Source: Planctomycetota bacterium (lineage in GTDB: Bacteria > Planctomycetota > B15-G4 > SIAN01). Taken from it: DNA of 47,244 nt. The notes below the pieces were generated by a model. The model was not told where the DNA came from. It searched no databases and saw nothing but the letters and a program-made list of their open reading frames with translations. The position numbers and the translations under genes are program-made. The stretch lies in contig VGYY01000003.1 of NCBI GenBank assembly GCA_016872815.1, positions 1 to 47,244 of the forward strand, given 5' to 3'. Position 1 is the stretch's first letter. Every line of letters begins with the position of its first letter. Of this stretch, positions 39,028 to 47,244 are shown in pieces.

Positions 39028-40431
39028 TCACGCCACCCGCGGGCCGGTCGCGACGGCCGGCCGCCGCGACTCCGCGCCGAAGGTGACGCCGGCGGCGCGC
39101 AGCAGCTCGAACGGCGGCGTGCCGCCGGCGAAGACGAGCACGTGGTCGTTCGGCAGCGACAGCGGGCGCTCGCCGCCGTCGATGGCGACTCGCAGCTCGA
39201 CGCGGTCCGGCTCGATCGCGACGACTTCGCTGCCGAACAGCACCCGCACGCCACCGGATCGCTCCGCCGCGACGATGCGCTGCTCGTTGCGCGGCTTGAG
39301 CCGGAAGAACGCCTCCTTCCGGTAGGAGAGGGTCACGCGGTTCCCCGGTTGCGCCGCCAGCGCCAGCGCCGCTTCCACCGCGCTGTCGCCGCCGCCGACC
39401 ACCAGCAGATCCTCGCCGCGGTGGAGCGCCGCATCGACCAGGCGGTACGCGACCTTCGGCAGCTCCTCGCCCGGCACGCCGAGCTTGCGCGGAGTGCCGC
39501 GCCGCCCCAGCGCCAGCACCACTGCCCGCGCCCGCAACTCGCCGCTCCCCCCCGCATCGCGCCAGCGCACCGCGAAGTCGCCGCCCGCCTCGGCGCGTGA
39601 CACGGTCTCGACGCGGGTCCGCGTCTTCAGCCGAAGGGGGAATCGCCGCGCCGCCTCGTGGAACAGCTCGACCAACTCCTCTTTCCGGTACTCGCTCCTC
39701 GTCAATCGGCCGAGCAGCGGCAGCTCGACCGGCTGCGTCATCACCAGCTTGGCGCGCGGGTAGTGGAGGATGGTCCCGCCGAGCTCTTCCTGTTCGATCA
39801 GCACGTGCGATCGCTTGCGCTCGATGCAACGCAACGCCGCCGCCAGCCCCGCCGGTCCGGCGCCGACGATCGCGACGTCGACGCTGCCGTCGTCAAGGCG
39901 TGCTGCGCCCGGCCTGACCGGCGCCGCGCCGCGGCCGCCGTCCCGTGCCGCGATCGCGTCGATCGCGGTCGTCGCCTGCGCCACCGCATGACGGATCAGC
40001 GCGATCCCCGACAGCTCGCCGGCCAGGTAGAGCCCCGGCACGACCGACTCCTGGGTCGGCGACAGCACCGGCACGTCGTCGCGCTCCGCGAGGGAGCCGA
40101 GCCCGACGGCGATCGCGCCGACGGGGCATGCCGTCTCGCAGCGACCGTGGCCGACGCAGCGCGAGCCATGCACGACGCGCGCGATGCCTTCCAGCACCGC
40201 CAGCACCCCTTCCTCCGGGCAGGCCTTCACGCACAATCCGCAGCCGACGCACTGCAGCGGATCGATCTGCGGATGCTGCGCCAGCGGGCGATGCGAGCCG
40301 CGCGTGCGCGCCTCCTCGAGGTCCGCGACCGCCGCCAGCTCGAGCCGCCGCGCCGCGCGCCGCTCGAGCCATGCGATCAGCGCCAGCAGCGGCACCAGCA
40401 CCGCGATGAACCCGAGGATCGTCGTGCCCAC
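39028..40431 (-). CDS. Membrane-anchored 2x[4Fe-4S] ferredoxin fused to an FAD/NAD(P)-dependent (TrxR/YpdA-like) oxidoreductase
   Basis: N-terminal TM; CVGCGLCVKACP and CVGHGRCETACP; VAIVGAGPAG; VVGGGDSAVEAA; SYRK. Confidence 0.9.
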   Translation of the reverse strand: MGTTILGFIAVLVPLLALIAWLERRAARRLELAAVADLEEARTRGSHRPLAQHPQIDPLQCVGCGLCVKACPEEGVLAVLEGIARVVHGSRCVGHGRCETACPVGAIAVGLGSLAERDDVPVLSPTQESVVPGLYLAGELSGIALIRHAVAQATTAIDAIAARDGGRGAAPVRPGAARLDDGSVDVAIVGAGPAGLAAALRCIERKRSHVLIEQEELGGTILHYPRAKLVMTQPVELPLLGRLTRSEYRKEELVELFHEAARRFPLRLKTRTRVETVSRAEAGGDFAVRWRDAGGSGELRARAVVLALGRRGTPRKLGVPGEELPKVAYRLVDAALHRGEDLLVVGGGDSAVEAALALAAQPGNRVTLSYRKEAFFRLKPRNEQRIVAAERSGGVRVLFGSEVVAIEPDRVELRVAIDGGERPLSLPNDHVLVFAGGTPPFELLRAAGVTFGAESRRPAVATGPRVA

Positions 40432-40443
40432 TGCGGATCGCCC

Positions 40444-42228
40444 TCAGAAGCGCCAGGTGAGTCCGAGGTCGAGACCGGTGGTGTCCTGCCGGTCGCCGAA
40501 ACCCTTCGCCGCGCGCGCCCACGCCGTCGTGCGGACGCCGGCCTGCCACGTCGCGAACAGCGACAGCGTGTTCGAGAGGAAGGATTCGCCGCCGTCGATC
40601 TCGAGCGAGGTCGTGTCCCAGCCGAAGCGCAGCAGCCACGCCGCCGCCGGCATCCAGGTGACCCCGGCGCTGGCGCCGAGCCCGTCCTGGTCGACGCCGA
40701 CCAGGTTGAACAGCGCCAGGTCGCCGCCGAACGCGGCGCTCGAGAGCAGCGTCGCATCGCGCCCGCGCAGGGTGACTTGCAACTCGCCGGGCGTGCCGTC
40801 GCCGGTCAGCCACGCCGCCTCCTGCTCGAGCGCCGCGCCGCCGCCGAACGACTCCACGGCGGCCAGTGCCGCGCGCGTCCGCCCGCGTCCGTAGCTCGCG
40901 TCGTTCGGCGCGACCGCGCGCAGCGACTCCGTGTCGGGGTTCTGCCAATGCGACCACGACGGCCGCAACGCCAGGAGCTCGCTCGCGCGCCACCAGCCGG
41001 TGACGTGGAGCCGCGTCACGCCCACTCCGCTGCGCCCCGCGTCGCCATCCCCGTCGGCGTCGAGCTGCGTCGAGGCGCGCAGCCAGTGGCCGCCGCTGAA
41101 GTTCGCCCCCAGGTCCGCCAGCAGGGCGTGCTGATCGGCGTCGCCCTCGTACCAGCTGGCCAGCGCTCCGAGCGCGCCATTCCAGCGCGTCCCGCCGCCG
41201 GTCCGTCCGTCGAACGCGGTCCACCCCGCCGCCACCCACTCGTCGGCGCGTGGGCCGAGGTCGTCGCGATCGGGCCGCAGGCCGAGCGCGCCGCCGACGC
41301 GGACCCCGTCGCCGAGCACCCGCTCGCCGTAGCCGCCGTCGAGTCGGCCGATGCCCGGAAGCGCATGCGGCAGGAAGCGGCCGACGCCGAGCACGCTCCC
41401 GTCCTCGAAGTGGCGGCGCACCAGCAGCGTGTCGGCGCGCAACCGCCAGCGGTCCTGCTGCGAATCGTCGGCGTAGCCGTCGCCGCTGCGCCGGTTCAGG
41501 TCGAAGCGCCACTGCAGCGACCACGGGCCGTCGCCGAGCCGTTCGACTTCGCCGCTGGTGAACAGGCGCAGATTCACGTAGTCGCGGCCATTCTCGTCGT
41601 CGGCGAGCCAGCTGGTGGCGAGCCCGGCGCTGCCGTGCAGGTAGTTGCCGCGCGACTCGGCTGGCGCCGCCACGGCGGGCGCGAGCAGCGGCGTGAACGG
41701 CCGCTCGACGTCGCCCGCCGCCGCGCGGTCCGGCGTCGCCGGCGCCCGGGGCGCCGGGCGCGCTGGCGGCACGATGCCACGGAAGAGGACGCGGTCCCCG
41801 GCGGCTGGAGCGGCGTCCGCCTCGAGTCGGGTGACCACCGCGAAGCACGACGTCGCCGTCGCGTGGCGGACCTCGACCTCGCCGAGCACCCGACCGTCGC
41901 GCTCGATCGTCCCGCGCGCGCCGGGCTGCACGCCGGCATCGGTGCCGGTCGCGAGGTAGAGGCCGTCGGCGGCGACCTGCGCCACCGGAGCAGCGAGGTC
42001 GCGCGCGAAGTCCACGCCTTGCGGTGCCGAAGGTGCGGGGGACTCCTGCAGCGGCGGCGCGAGCGCACTGGCTGCCGCCGCCGGCGCCGCGGCGCACAGG
42101 TGGAGCGCGACGGGTGCGGCTGCGCCCGCAGCGAGCCCGCGCCATCGGAGAGACCGTGCGCACCGCGCTGCGCGCCCGGCGCGCGCCGCATGGCGCGTCG
42201 GTGCAGTCGCCCGTCGTCGCTCGCTCAT
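40444..42228 (-). CDS. Putative outer-membrane beta-barrel protein
   Basis: ATG 42228 overlaps the upstream TGA; long signal-like N-terminus; amphipathic alternating strands rich in G/W/R/D; C-terminus GLDLGLTWRF with terminal Phe. Confidence 0.65.
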   Translation of the reverse strand: MSERRRATAPTRHAARAGRAARCARSLRWRGLAAGAAAPVALHLCAAAPAAAASALAPPLQESPAPSAPQGVDFARDLAAPVAQVAADGLYLATGTDAGVQPGARGTIERDGRVLGEVEVRHATATSCFAVVTRLEADAAPAAGDRVLFRGIVPPARPAPRAPATPDRAAAGDVERPFTPLLAPAVAAPAESRGNYLHGSAGLATSWLADDENGRDYVNLRLFTSGEVERLGDGPWSLQWRFDLNRRSGDGYADDSQQDRWRLRADTLLVRRHFEDGSVLGVGRFLPHALPGIGRLDGGYGERVLGDGVRVGGALGLRPDRDDLGPRADEWVAAGWTAFDGRTGGGTRWNGALGALASWYEGDADQHALLADLGANFSGGHWLRASTQLDADGDGDAGRSGVGVTRLHVTGWWRASELLALRPSWSHWQNPDTESLRAVAPNDASYGRGRTRAALAAVESFGGGAALEQEAAWLTGDGTPGELQVTLRGRDATLLSSAAFGGDLALFNLVGVDQDGLGASAGVTWMPAAAWLLRFGWDTTSLEIDGGESFLSNTLSLFATWQAGVRTTAWARAAKGFGDRQDTTGLDLGLTWRF

Positions 42229-43340
42229 TCCTTTCCCCGCGGATGGCAGGCGTAGCACTGCGGGCTGCTCCAGCTGTAGCCGCCGACGTCGTCGTGCTCG
42301 TCGTCCATCTCGGGCTTCGAATGGGCGTGACAGTGGGTGCAGGAGAAGGTCGGGTAGGTGCCGGTGGTGTGGCAGTCGCTGCAGTTCAGCGCGTGCGGGC
42401 CGGTCAGCGGGAAGGCGCTGCCGTGGTCGAAGCCGCCGCGGCCCCAGCCGATCGGCGTGTGGCAGTCCTCGCAGGTGGTGCCGAAACCGGCGGCGGCATG
42501 GTCGGGGTCGCTGGTCGCGGCGTAGTCGGCGGCGTGGCAGCTGAAGCAGTCGCGCGGCGTGCCGGAGTAGATGCCGCCCGCGTGGCAATCCGCGCAGGCG
42601 GCGGCTCGATGCCGGCCCTGGAGCGGCCACGAAGGATGGGAGTAGTGCGCGGCGCTCCACGCCGTCGGCGAATGGCACCGCTGGCACGAGCGGACGTCGC
42701 CGAGCGCCGCGTGATCGGGATCGCTCGCGGCGGCGAGGTCGTCCTGGTGGCAATCGACGCACTCGATCGAGGCGCCGACGAAGCGGCCGACGCGCGCCTG
42801 CTCGTGGCAGCGGTCGCAGGCCGCGGCGGCGTGGGCGCCGGAGAGCGGAAACCGGGTGCGTGCATGCTCGGCGATCCGTCCGGTCGGCTGCCAAGTGGTG
42901 GTGTCGTGGCATTGCGTGCAGTCGGCGCCGAGCGTCGCCTCGTGCGGATCGACGTGGCAGCCGCCGCAGCCGCGCACCGCGAACTCGCGCACCGGTCCGC
43001 GATCGTTGTGGCAGCGCAGGCAGGCGGCGGTCGCATGGGCGCCCTCGAGCGCGACGCCGGTCTGCGCGAGGTGGTCGAAGGCGAAGCCGGGCTTGAGCAC
43101 GTCCCAGCGCTCCGGGACATGGCACAGCGAGCAATCGCTCGGAAAGGTGTGGTGCGGCACCAGCGGCCCGAATCGCCGTTCATTCCATGCCTGCCGTGGC
43201 ACCGTTCCGATCGAGTGGCAGGCGACCAGCAGCGCGATCGCCAGCGCGACGAGCCCGCCGCGAGCGCGGATGCGAGGCCGCAGCGGATGCGGATCCGCGG
43301 GATCGGGCGATCGCGACCCGCAGGGCTCACCGTCCGGCAT
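42225..43340 (-). CDS. Multihaem cytochrome c lipoprotein, 13 CxxCH
   Basis: Lipobox LVAC; 13 CxxCH counted; repeated FPLxGxH distal-His motifs. The start codon is uncertain. Confidence 0.9.
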   Translation of the reverse strand: MPDGEPCGSRSPDPADPHPLRPRIRARGGLVALAIALLVACHSIGTVPRQAWNERRFGPLVPHHTFPSDCSLCHVPERWDVLKPGFAFDHLAQTGVALEGAHATAACLRCHNDRGPVREFAVRGCGGCHVDPHEATLGADCTQCHDTTTWQPTGRIAEHARTRFPLSGAHAAAACDRCHEQARVGRFVGASIECVDCHQDDLAAASDPDHAALGDVRSCQRCHSPTAWSAAHYSHPSWPLQGRHRAAACADCHAGGIYSGTPRDCFSCHAADYAATSDPDHAAAGFGTTCEDCHTPIGWGRGGFDHGSAFPLTGPHALNCSDCHTTGTYPTFSCTHCHAHSKPEMDDEHDDVGGYSWSSPQCYACHPRGKE

Positions 43341-45171
43341 GGCAATCACGGCATTCGACTCCGAGCGGGACGTAGTGGATCCGTTCACGGCCGTCCGGCA
43401 GTCGCGTCCGCGGGTGGCAGGCCGCACAGGCGAGGCGGGCGTGGACGCCGTCGAGCGCGAAGCGCGCGTCGCGCGCATGGTCGAAGGTCACGGGCAGCCA
43501 GCGCTCGGCCGAGCGGTGGCACGTGTTGCAGTCGTTGCCGTGCCGGGTGAGCTGGCCGTCGTGGGGATCGGCGTGGCACGACTTGCAGGTCTGCGGGGTC
43601 GCGGCGAATCGCCGCACTCCGTTCGCATCGGGCAGGTGGCAGCGGTTGCAGGCCACGGCGAGGTGCGCGCCCTCGAGCGGAGGCCGGTGGCGCATCGCGG
43701 TGAGCCGCGACGGGGCGAAGCGCTCCTCCGTGTGGCAGGCGGCGCAGCCTTCCGGCCTGGGAGCGAACTGCCCCGCATGCGGATCGGCGTGGCAGCCGGC
43801 GCAGTCGCTGGGCGTGCCGACCCACCGCACCGGCGCTCCGGCGCCCGGTGCACGGTGGCAGTCGCTGCACCGCGCGCGCGCGTGGGCGCCGGCGAGCGGC
43901 GGATGCCGCGCCGCGAAGTCGTAGCGCGATGGCCGGAAGCAACCGGTGTCGTGGCAGGAGCTGCAGGACGGGTCGGTGGCGCGGAACTGCCCGCCGTGCG
44001 GATCGCCGTGGCAGTCGGCGCAGGCGGTGGGCGTGCCGACGAAACGGACGGCGGTCGCCGCGCCGGCCACGGCGCCGCCCGCCGCATCCGCGCGGCGATG
44101 GCAACCGCTGCAGGCGACGGCGACGTGCGCGCCGGTCAGCGGCGGGACGTGGTTCGCCGGGTCGATGCGCGAGGCGGAGAAGCTCGCGTCGTGGCAGGCG
44201 GCGCAATCGGCTTCGCGCGCCCCGAACTGGCCGCCGTGCGGCGAGCGATGGCAGGCGCTGCAGTCGCCGGCGGCGCGACCGGGAAAGCGGGCGTCGAAGG
44301 CGGCGGGCCGATCGGTGCCGGCGTGACAGCTCGCGCAGGCGAGGTCGGCATGCGGTGCGGTCAGCGGAAAGCCGGTCGCGGCGTGCGCGGCGGCGCCGAA
44401 ACGCGGCGCGGCGGCGTTCCAGTCGGCATCGATCGCGAAGTGGCAGTCGTCGCAGCGACCCGGCAGCGATGCTCGGTGCGGCGAAGCGTGGCAGTCGGCG
44501 CAGCGAGTCCCCCGCACCGAGGCGAAGTCGAGCTCGGCGCCGCGCGGGTGGCAGTCGCTGCAACCGGCTTCCGCGTGCGGCCCGAGCAGCGGGAAGCGGC
44601 GCGAGTGCTCGAAGCGGGCGGCCGGGATGAAGGCCTCCTGCGCGTGGCACGCGGCGCAGTCGTCGCTCATGGCGCTGCCGTGCGGGTCGGCATGGCAGGT
44701 GGCGCACTCCTGTGCCAGCCCGAGGAAGGAGGTCGCCGCGCGTTGCTCGTGGCAATCCGCGCAATCGAGGGCGGCGTGTGCGCCGGCCAGGGCGAAGGCG
44801 ACGTGCCGGTGGGCGGAGGCGAAGTCGGGCGGTGTCCCGCCCCAGGAGAGGACGTTCACCAGCGGGAAGTCGGCGCCCCAATGCTCGCCGTGGCAGCGGT
44901 CGCAGTCGCGCACGCCTTCGGCGAGGCGCGCGCCGTGCCAGCCGGTCGCGCTCCTGAGCTGCGCCGCGATCTCGACGTGGCAACCGCCGCAGCCGTCCGC
45001 GAGGCCGGTGGCGGTGTGGCAGCGTTCGCAGCCGGCGAGGCCTTCGAGCTCCGGCAGTCGCGCATGCGCCGCGGCCAGCGGTCCGGGGCTCGGCGATTCG
45101 CGGGCCAGCTCGACCGAGAGGCCGAGCACGGCCAATGCCAGCAGCGCAGCCACCGCGGTGTGAGGCCTCAA
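43327..45171 (-). CDS. Multihaem cytochrome c, 23 CxxCH
   Basis: TTG 45171 overlaps the upstream TGA; N-terminal signal/anchor followed by SPGPLAAAH; 23 CxxCH counted in tri-haem repeats. Confidence 0.9.
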   Translation of the reverse strand: MRPHTAVAALLALAVLGLSVELARESPSPGPLAAAHARLPELEGLAGCERCHTATGLADGCGGCHVEIAAQLRSATGWHGARLAEGVRDCDRCHGEHWGADFPLVNVLSWGGTPPDFASAHRHVAFALAGAHAALDCADCHEQRAATSFLGLAQECATCHADPHGSAMSDDCAACHAQEAFIPAARFEHSRRFPLLGPHAEAGCSDCHPRGAELDFASVRGTRCADCHASPHRASLPGRCDDCHFAIDADWNAAAPRFGAAAHAATGFPLTAPHADLACASCHAGTDRPAAFDARFPGRAAGDCSACHRSPHGGQFGAREADCAACHDASFSASRIDPANHVPPLTGAHVAVACSGCHRRADAAGGAVAGAATAVRFVGTPTACADCHGDPHGGQFRATDPSCSSCHDTGCFRPSRYDFAARHPPLAGAHARARCSDCHRAPGAGAPVRWVGTPSDCAGCHADPHAGQFAPRPEGCAACHTEERFAPSRLTAMRHRPPLEGAHLAVACNRCHLPDANGVRRFAATPQTCKSCHADPHDGQLTRHGNDCNTCHRSAERWLPVTFDHARDARFALDGVHARLACAACHPRTRLPDGRERIHYVPLGVECRDCHAGR

Positions 45172-46064
45172 GGCAGCAACTCGCGCAGCGACCATTCGCG
45201 GAAGCGCAGCTCACCCCAGCGGATCGCCAGCGCGACATGGCAGAGCGCGGTGCCGACCATCACCAGCGCCAGCCAGCGATGGAGGAAACGCCAGGAGGCC
45301 ATCAGCGCGGTCAGGTCGTTGAGGCGCTCGAGGCGGTCGGCCTCGCGCAGGATCGCGGCGAGCTGCGGCAGGACGCGCGAGCGCGTGGCGGCGTCGGGCT
45401 CGGCCTGCTCGAAGCGCGCGCGCCAGGCGCGGGCGGTCGCGCGCGATGCGGCGTCGCCCAGCAGGACGCCGCGAAGCGCCCGCAGCTTCGAGCCGGTCGT
45501 GACCGGGGTTGCGGCCGGCCGTTCGAGCGGCGGGAGGCCGAGCTCGGCGAGGCGCGCGCGCAGGGTCTCGAAGCGTGCGTGCGCCTCGTCCAGCGACAGC
45601 GCGTGCCCCTCGCGCGTCCGCGGGATCTGGGCGAGGACGTAGCGGCCGATCAAGCCGGTCACGAGGACGATGCCGAGGGCGGCGCTGGCCATGGTGGCCG
45701 ACGCGCTGCGGAAATCGCCCGCGGAATGGAGCGCGACGCAGCCGCCGGCGAGAAGACCCGAGACGACGTGGAGGTCGAGCCAGCTGCGGATCGAGCCGGC
45801 CCAGCTGGCGGCGAGGAGCCGACGGCGAACGAGGTAGAGCAGGTTCAGGAGGATCAGCGCGACGGCGATGACCCCCAGCGCAAGCCCGAGGGGGCCGCTG
45901 GAGCGCAGTCGTTCATGGCGCGAATCGAGCGCCTGGACCGCGAGCGGGGCCTGGTAGTAGCTGCACTCCCGCCATGCAAGGAGTGCCAGCGCGAGCAAAC
46001 CTGACGTGAGCAGGATCGACGCCACGAGCGGCGTGCGGCGCGGTCGTTCGGGCGATGGCGGCAT
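45168..46064 (-). CDS. Cytochrome b-like/ferric-reductase-like membrane protein
   Basis: Several TM helices with four His in paired helix positions: WLDLHVVSG / ALHSAG and WRFLHRWL / LCHVAL. Confidence 0.7.
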   Translation of the reverse strand: MPPSPERPRRTPLVASILLTSGLLALALLAWRECSYYQAPLAVQALDSRHERLRSSGPLGLALGVIAVALILLNLLYLVRRRLLAASWAGSIRSWLDLHVVSGLLAGGCVALHSAGDFRSASATMASAALGIVLVTGLIGRYVLAQIPRTREGHALSLDEAHARFETLRARLAELGLPPLERPAATPVTTGSKLRALRGVLLGDAASRATARAWRARFEQAEPDAATRSRVLPQLAAILREADRLERLNDLTALMASWRFLHRWLALVMVGTALCHVALAIRWGELRFREWSLRELLP

Positions 46065-46277
46065 GCCGTTCACGGGCGGAGAAGCCCTCGGGCCCAAGAT
46101 ACGGACACGACGGTCCGGGGGAAGCGGACGCATCGCTCCCTGGTCGCGCCCGCTGGTCACGAAGCGCGCGGCGAGCCTCTTCGCAGCCCGCGTACCAAGT
46201 CGTTCCCGTGAGCGGGCGCTCTTTCCCGCAGCTGGTCCGTGCCGGTTCGCGCCGCCCGAATCAGCGGCGCGGCAGGA

Positions 46278-47244
46278 TCATCGTGGTCGCAGGCGGGCGT
46301 GGCGGATCTGGACCGAGCCGGGCGCGTCGGCGGGGAGCTCGAAGCCGATGCCGCCGGCTGCCGGGCCGTCGCGGTCCTCGTTGTCGACGGTGATCGAGCC
46401 GTTGAGGCGCACGGTGATCCGGTCGCCGCGTGCCTCGATCAGGAAGTGGTTCCAGCCGGTGCGCTCGGGCAGCGGCCACCAGATCTCCTGGCGCGGCTGG
46501 ACGATCACGCCGCGGCCGCCGAGGTCGCGCAGCCGACCCCACGCGCTGCGGCCGCCGTCGACGGCATAGCCGCGCGTCCCCTGCCCCTGCGCACCCGCAT
46601 CGCTCCGGAACCAGCAGGAGTAGAGCTGCTCCTTGTCGCCGAGGCGCGCCTCGAACTCGAAGGCGAAGTCGGCCGGAGCGCTGATCACGGCGGCGCCGCC
46701 CGCGGTCGCCGGGAGCGCCTGCCACGCCGCCGCCTTCGCCGGCTCGACGATCTTCGGCGCCAAGAGCCAAGCGGTGAGGTCGGCGATCTGCTCGTAGCTC
46801 AGCGCGTCGAGCAGCCCCTCCGGCATCACCGACTTGGTGGCCGGCCGGCGCCGCTCGATCTGCTCCGCCTTGAGGTCGACCTGCTCGCCGCGCAGGTCGA
46901 CGAGCAGCACGTGGCGCTCGTCCGCGACCAGCGGCATGCCGGAGACGATGTCGCCGTTCTTCAGGATCACGTTCAGGCCGCGGTACTGGTCGGAGATCGT
47001 GCGCGACGGCGCGAGGATCGACTCGAGCAGGTCGCGCGGCCCGAAGCGCGCGCCGATCGTGGTGAGGTCGGGTCCGACCGCCTTGCCCCACGACCCGCGC
47101 AGGTGGCACTTCGAGCAGAGCTCCTGGAACAGGAGTCCGCCGTCGGGCAGCGAGCGGTGCGGCGCGTCCAGCGTCCGCTCGACGAAGGTCAGCACCCGGT
47201 CGAACTCGCGCGGCTCTGCCGCCGCCGCCGGCGCCGCGGCCGCC
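46278..47244 (-). CDS. C-terminal part of a PVC-type haem-binding (CxxCH) protein with a DUF1080-like domain; partial
   Basis: The frame is open to the window edge; CSKCH, GPDLTTIG, LLESILAPS and SVMPEGLL, then WNHFLIEARGDRITVRLNG and GGIGFEL. Confidence 0.85.
   Translation of the reverse strand, partial: AAAAPAAAAEPREFDRVLTFVERTLDAPHRSLPDGGLLFQELCSKCHLRGSWGKAVGPDLTTIGARFGPRDLLESILAPSRTISDQYRGLNVILKNGDIVSGMPLVADERHVLLVDLRGEQVDLKAEQIERRRPATKSVMPEGLLDALSYEQIADLTAWLLAPKIVEPAKAAAWQALPATAGGAAVISAPADFAFEFEARLGDKEQLYSCWFRSDAGAQGQGTRGYAVDGGRSAWGRLRDLGGRGVIVQPRQEIWWPLPERTGWNHFLIEARGDRITVRLNGSITVDNEDRDGPAAGGIGFELPADAPGSVQIRHARLRPR

Overview
Very GC-rich bacterial DNA. The gene content (many FG-GAP/VCBS proteins, a PVC-type CxxCH/DUF1080 protein, DUF4038 and DUF3352-like proteins) points to Planctomycetota; this is an inference. 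Most of the supplied six-frame ORFs are GC-driven shadows. About 28 CDS look real, and the middle third (about 5.6-24.4 kb) also holds about 10 decayed gene fragments and a broken IS630. Two observations stand out. (1) A five-gene minus-strand operon at 39.0-46.1 kb encodes a 4-His cytochrome b-like membrane protein, a 23-CxxCH cytochrome, a 13-CxxCH lipoprotein cytochrome, an outer-membrane beta-barrel candidate and a membrane-anchored 2x[4Fe-4S] FAD/NAD(P) reductase. Together these could form a complete cytoplasm-to-surface electron conduit. (2) An exported thioredoxin-fold gene at 21288-22304 is split in the ORF track by one in-frame TGA that sits at the catalytic Cys position and is followed by a bacterial-SECIS-like hairpin, so it is a likely unannotated selenoprotein. 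Also present are a tandem-duplicated di-haem oxidoreductase lipoprotein, a solo circularly permuted ATP-grasp, an OPT transporter with large insertions and an orphan contractile-sheath fragment. No rRNA, tRNA or CRISPR array was seen. All family calls come from motif recognition by eye, not from database searches.
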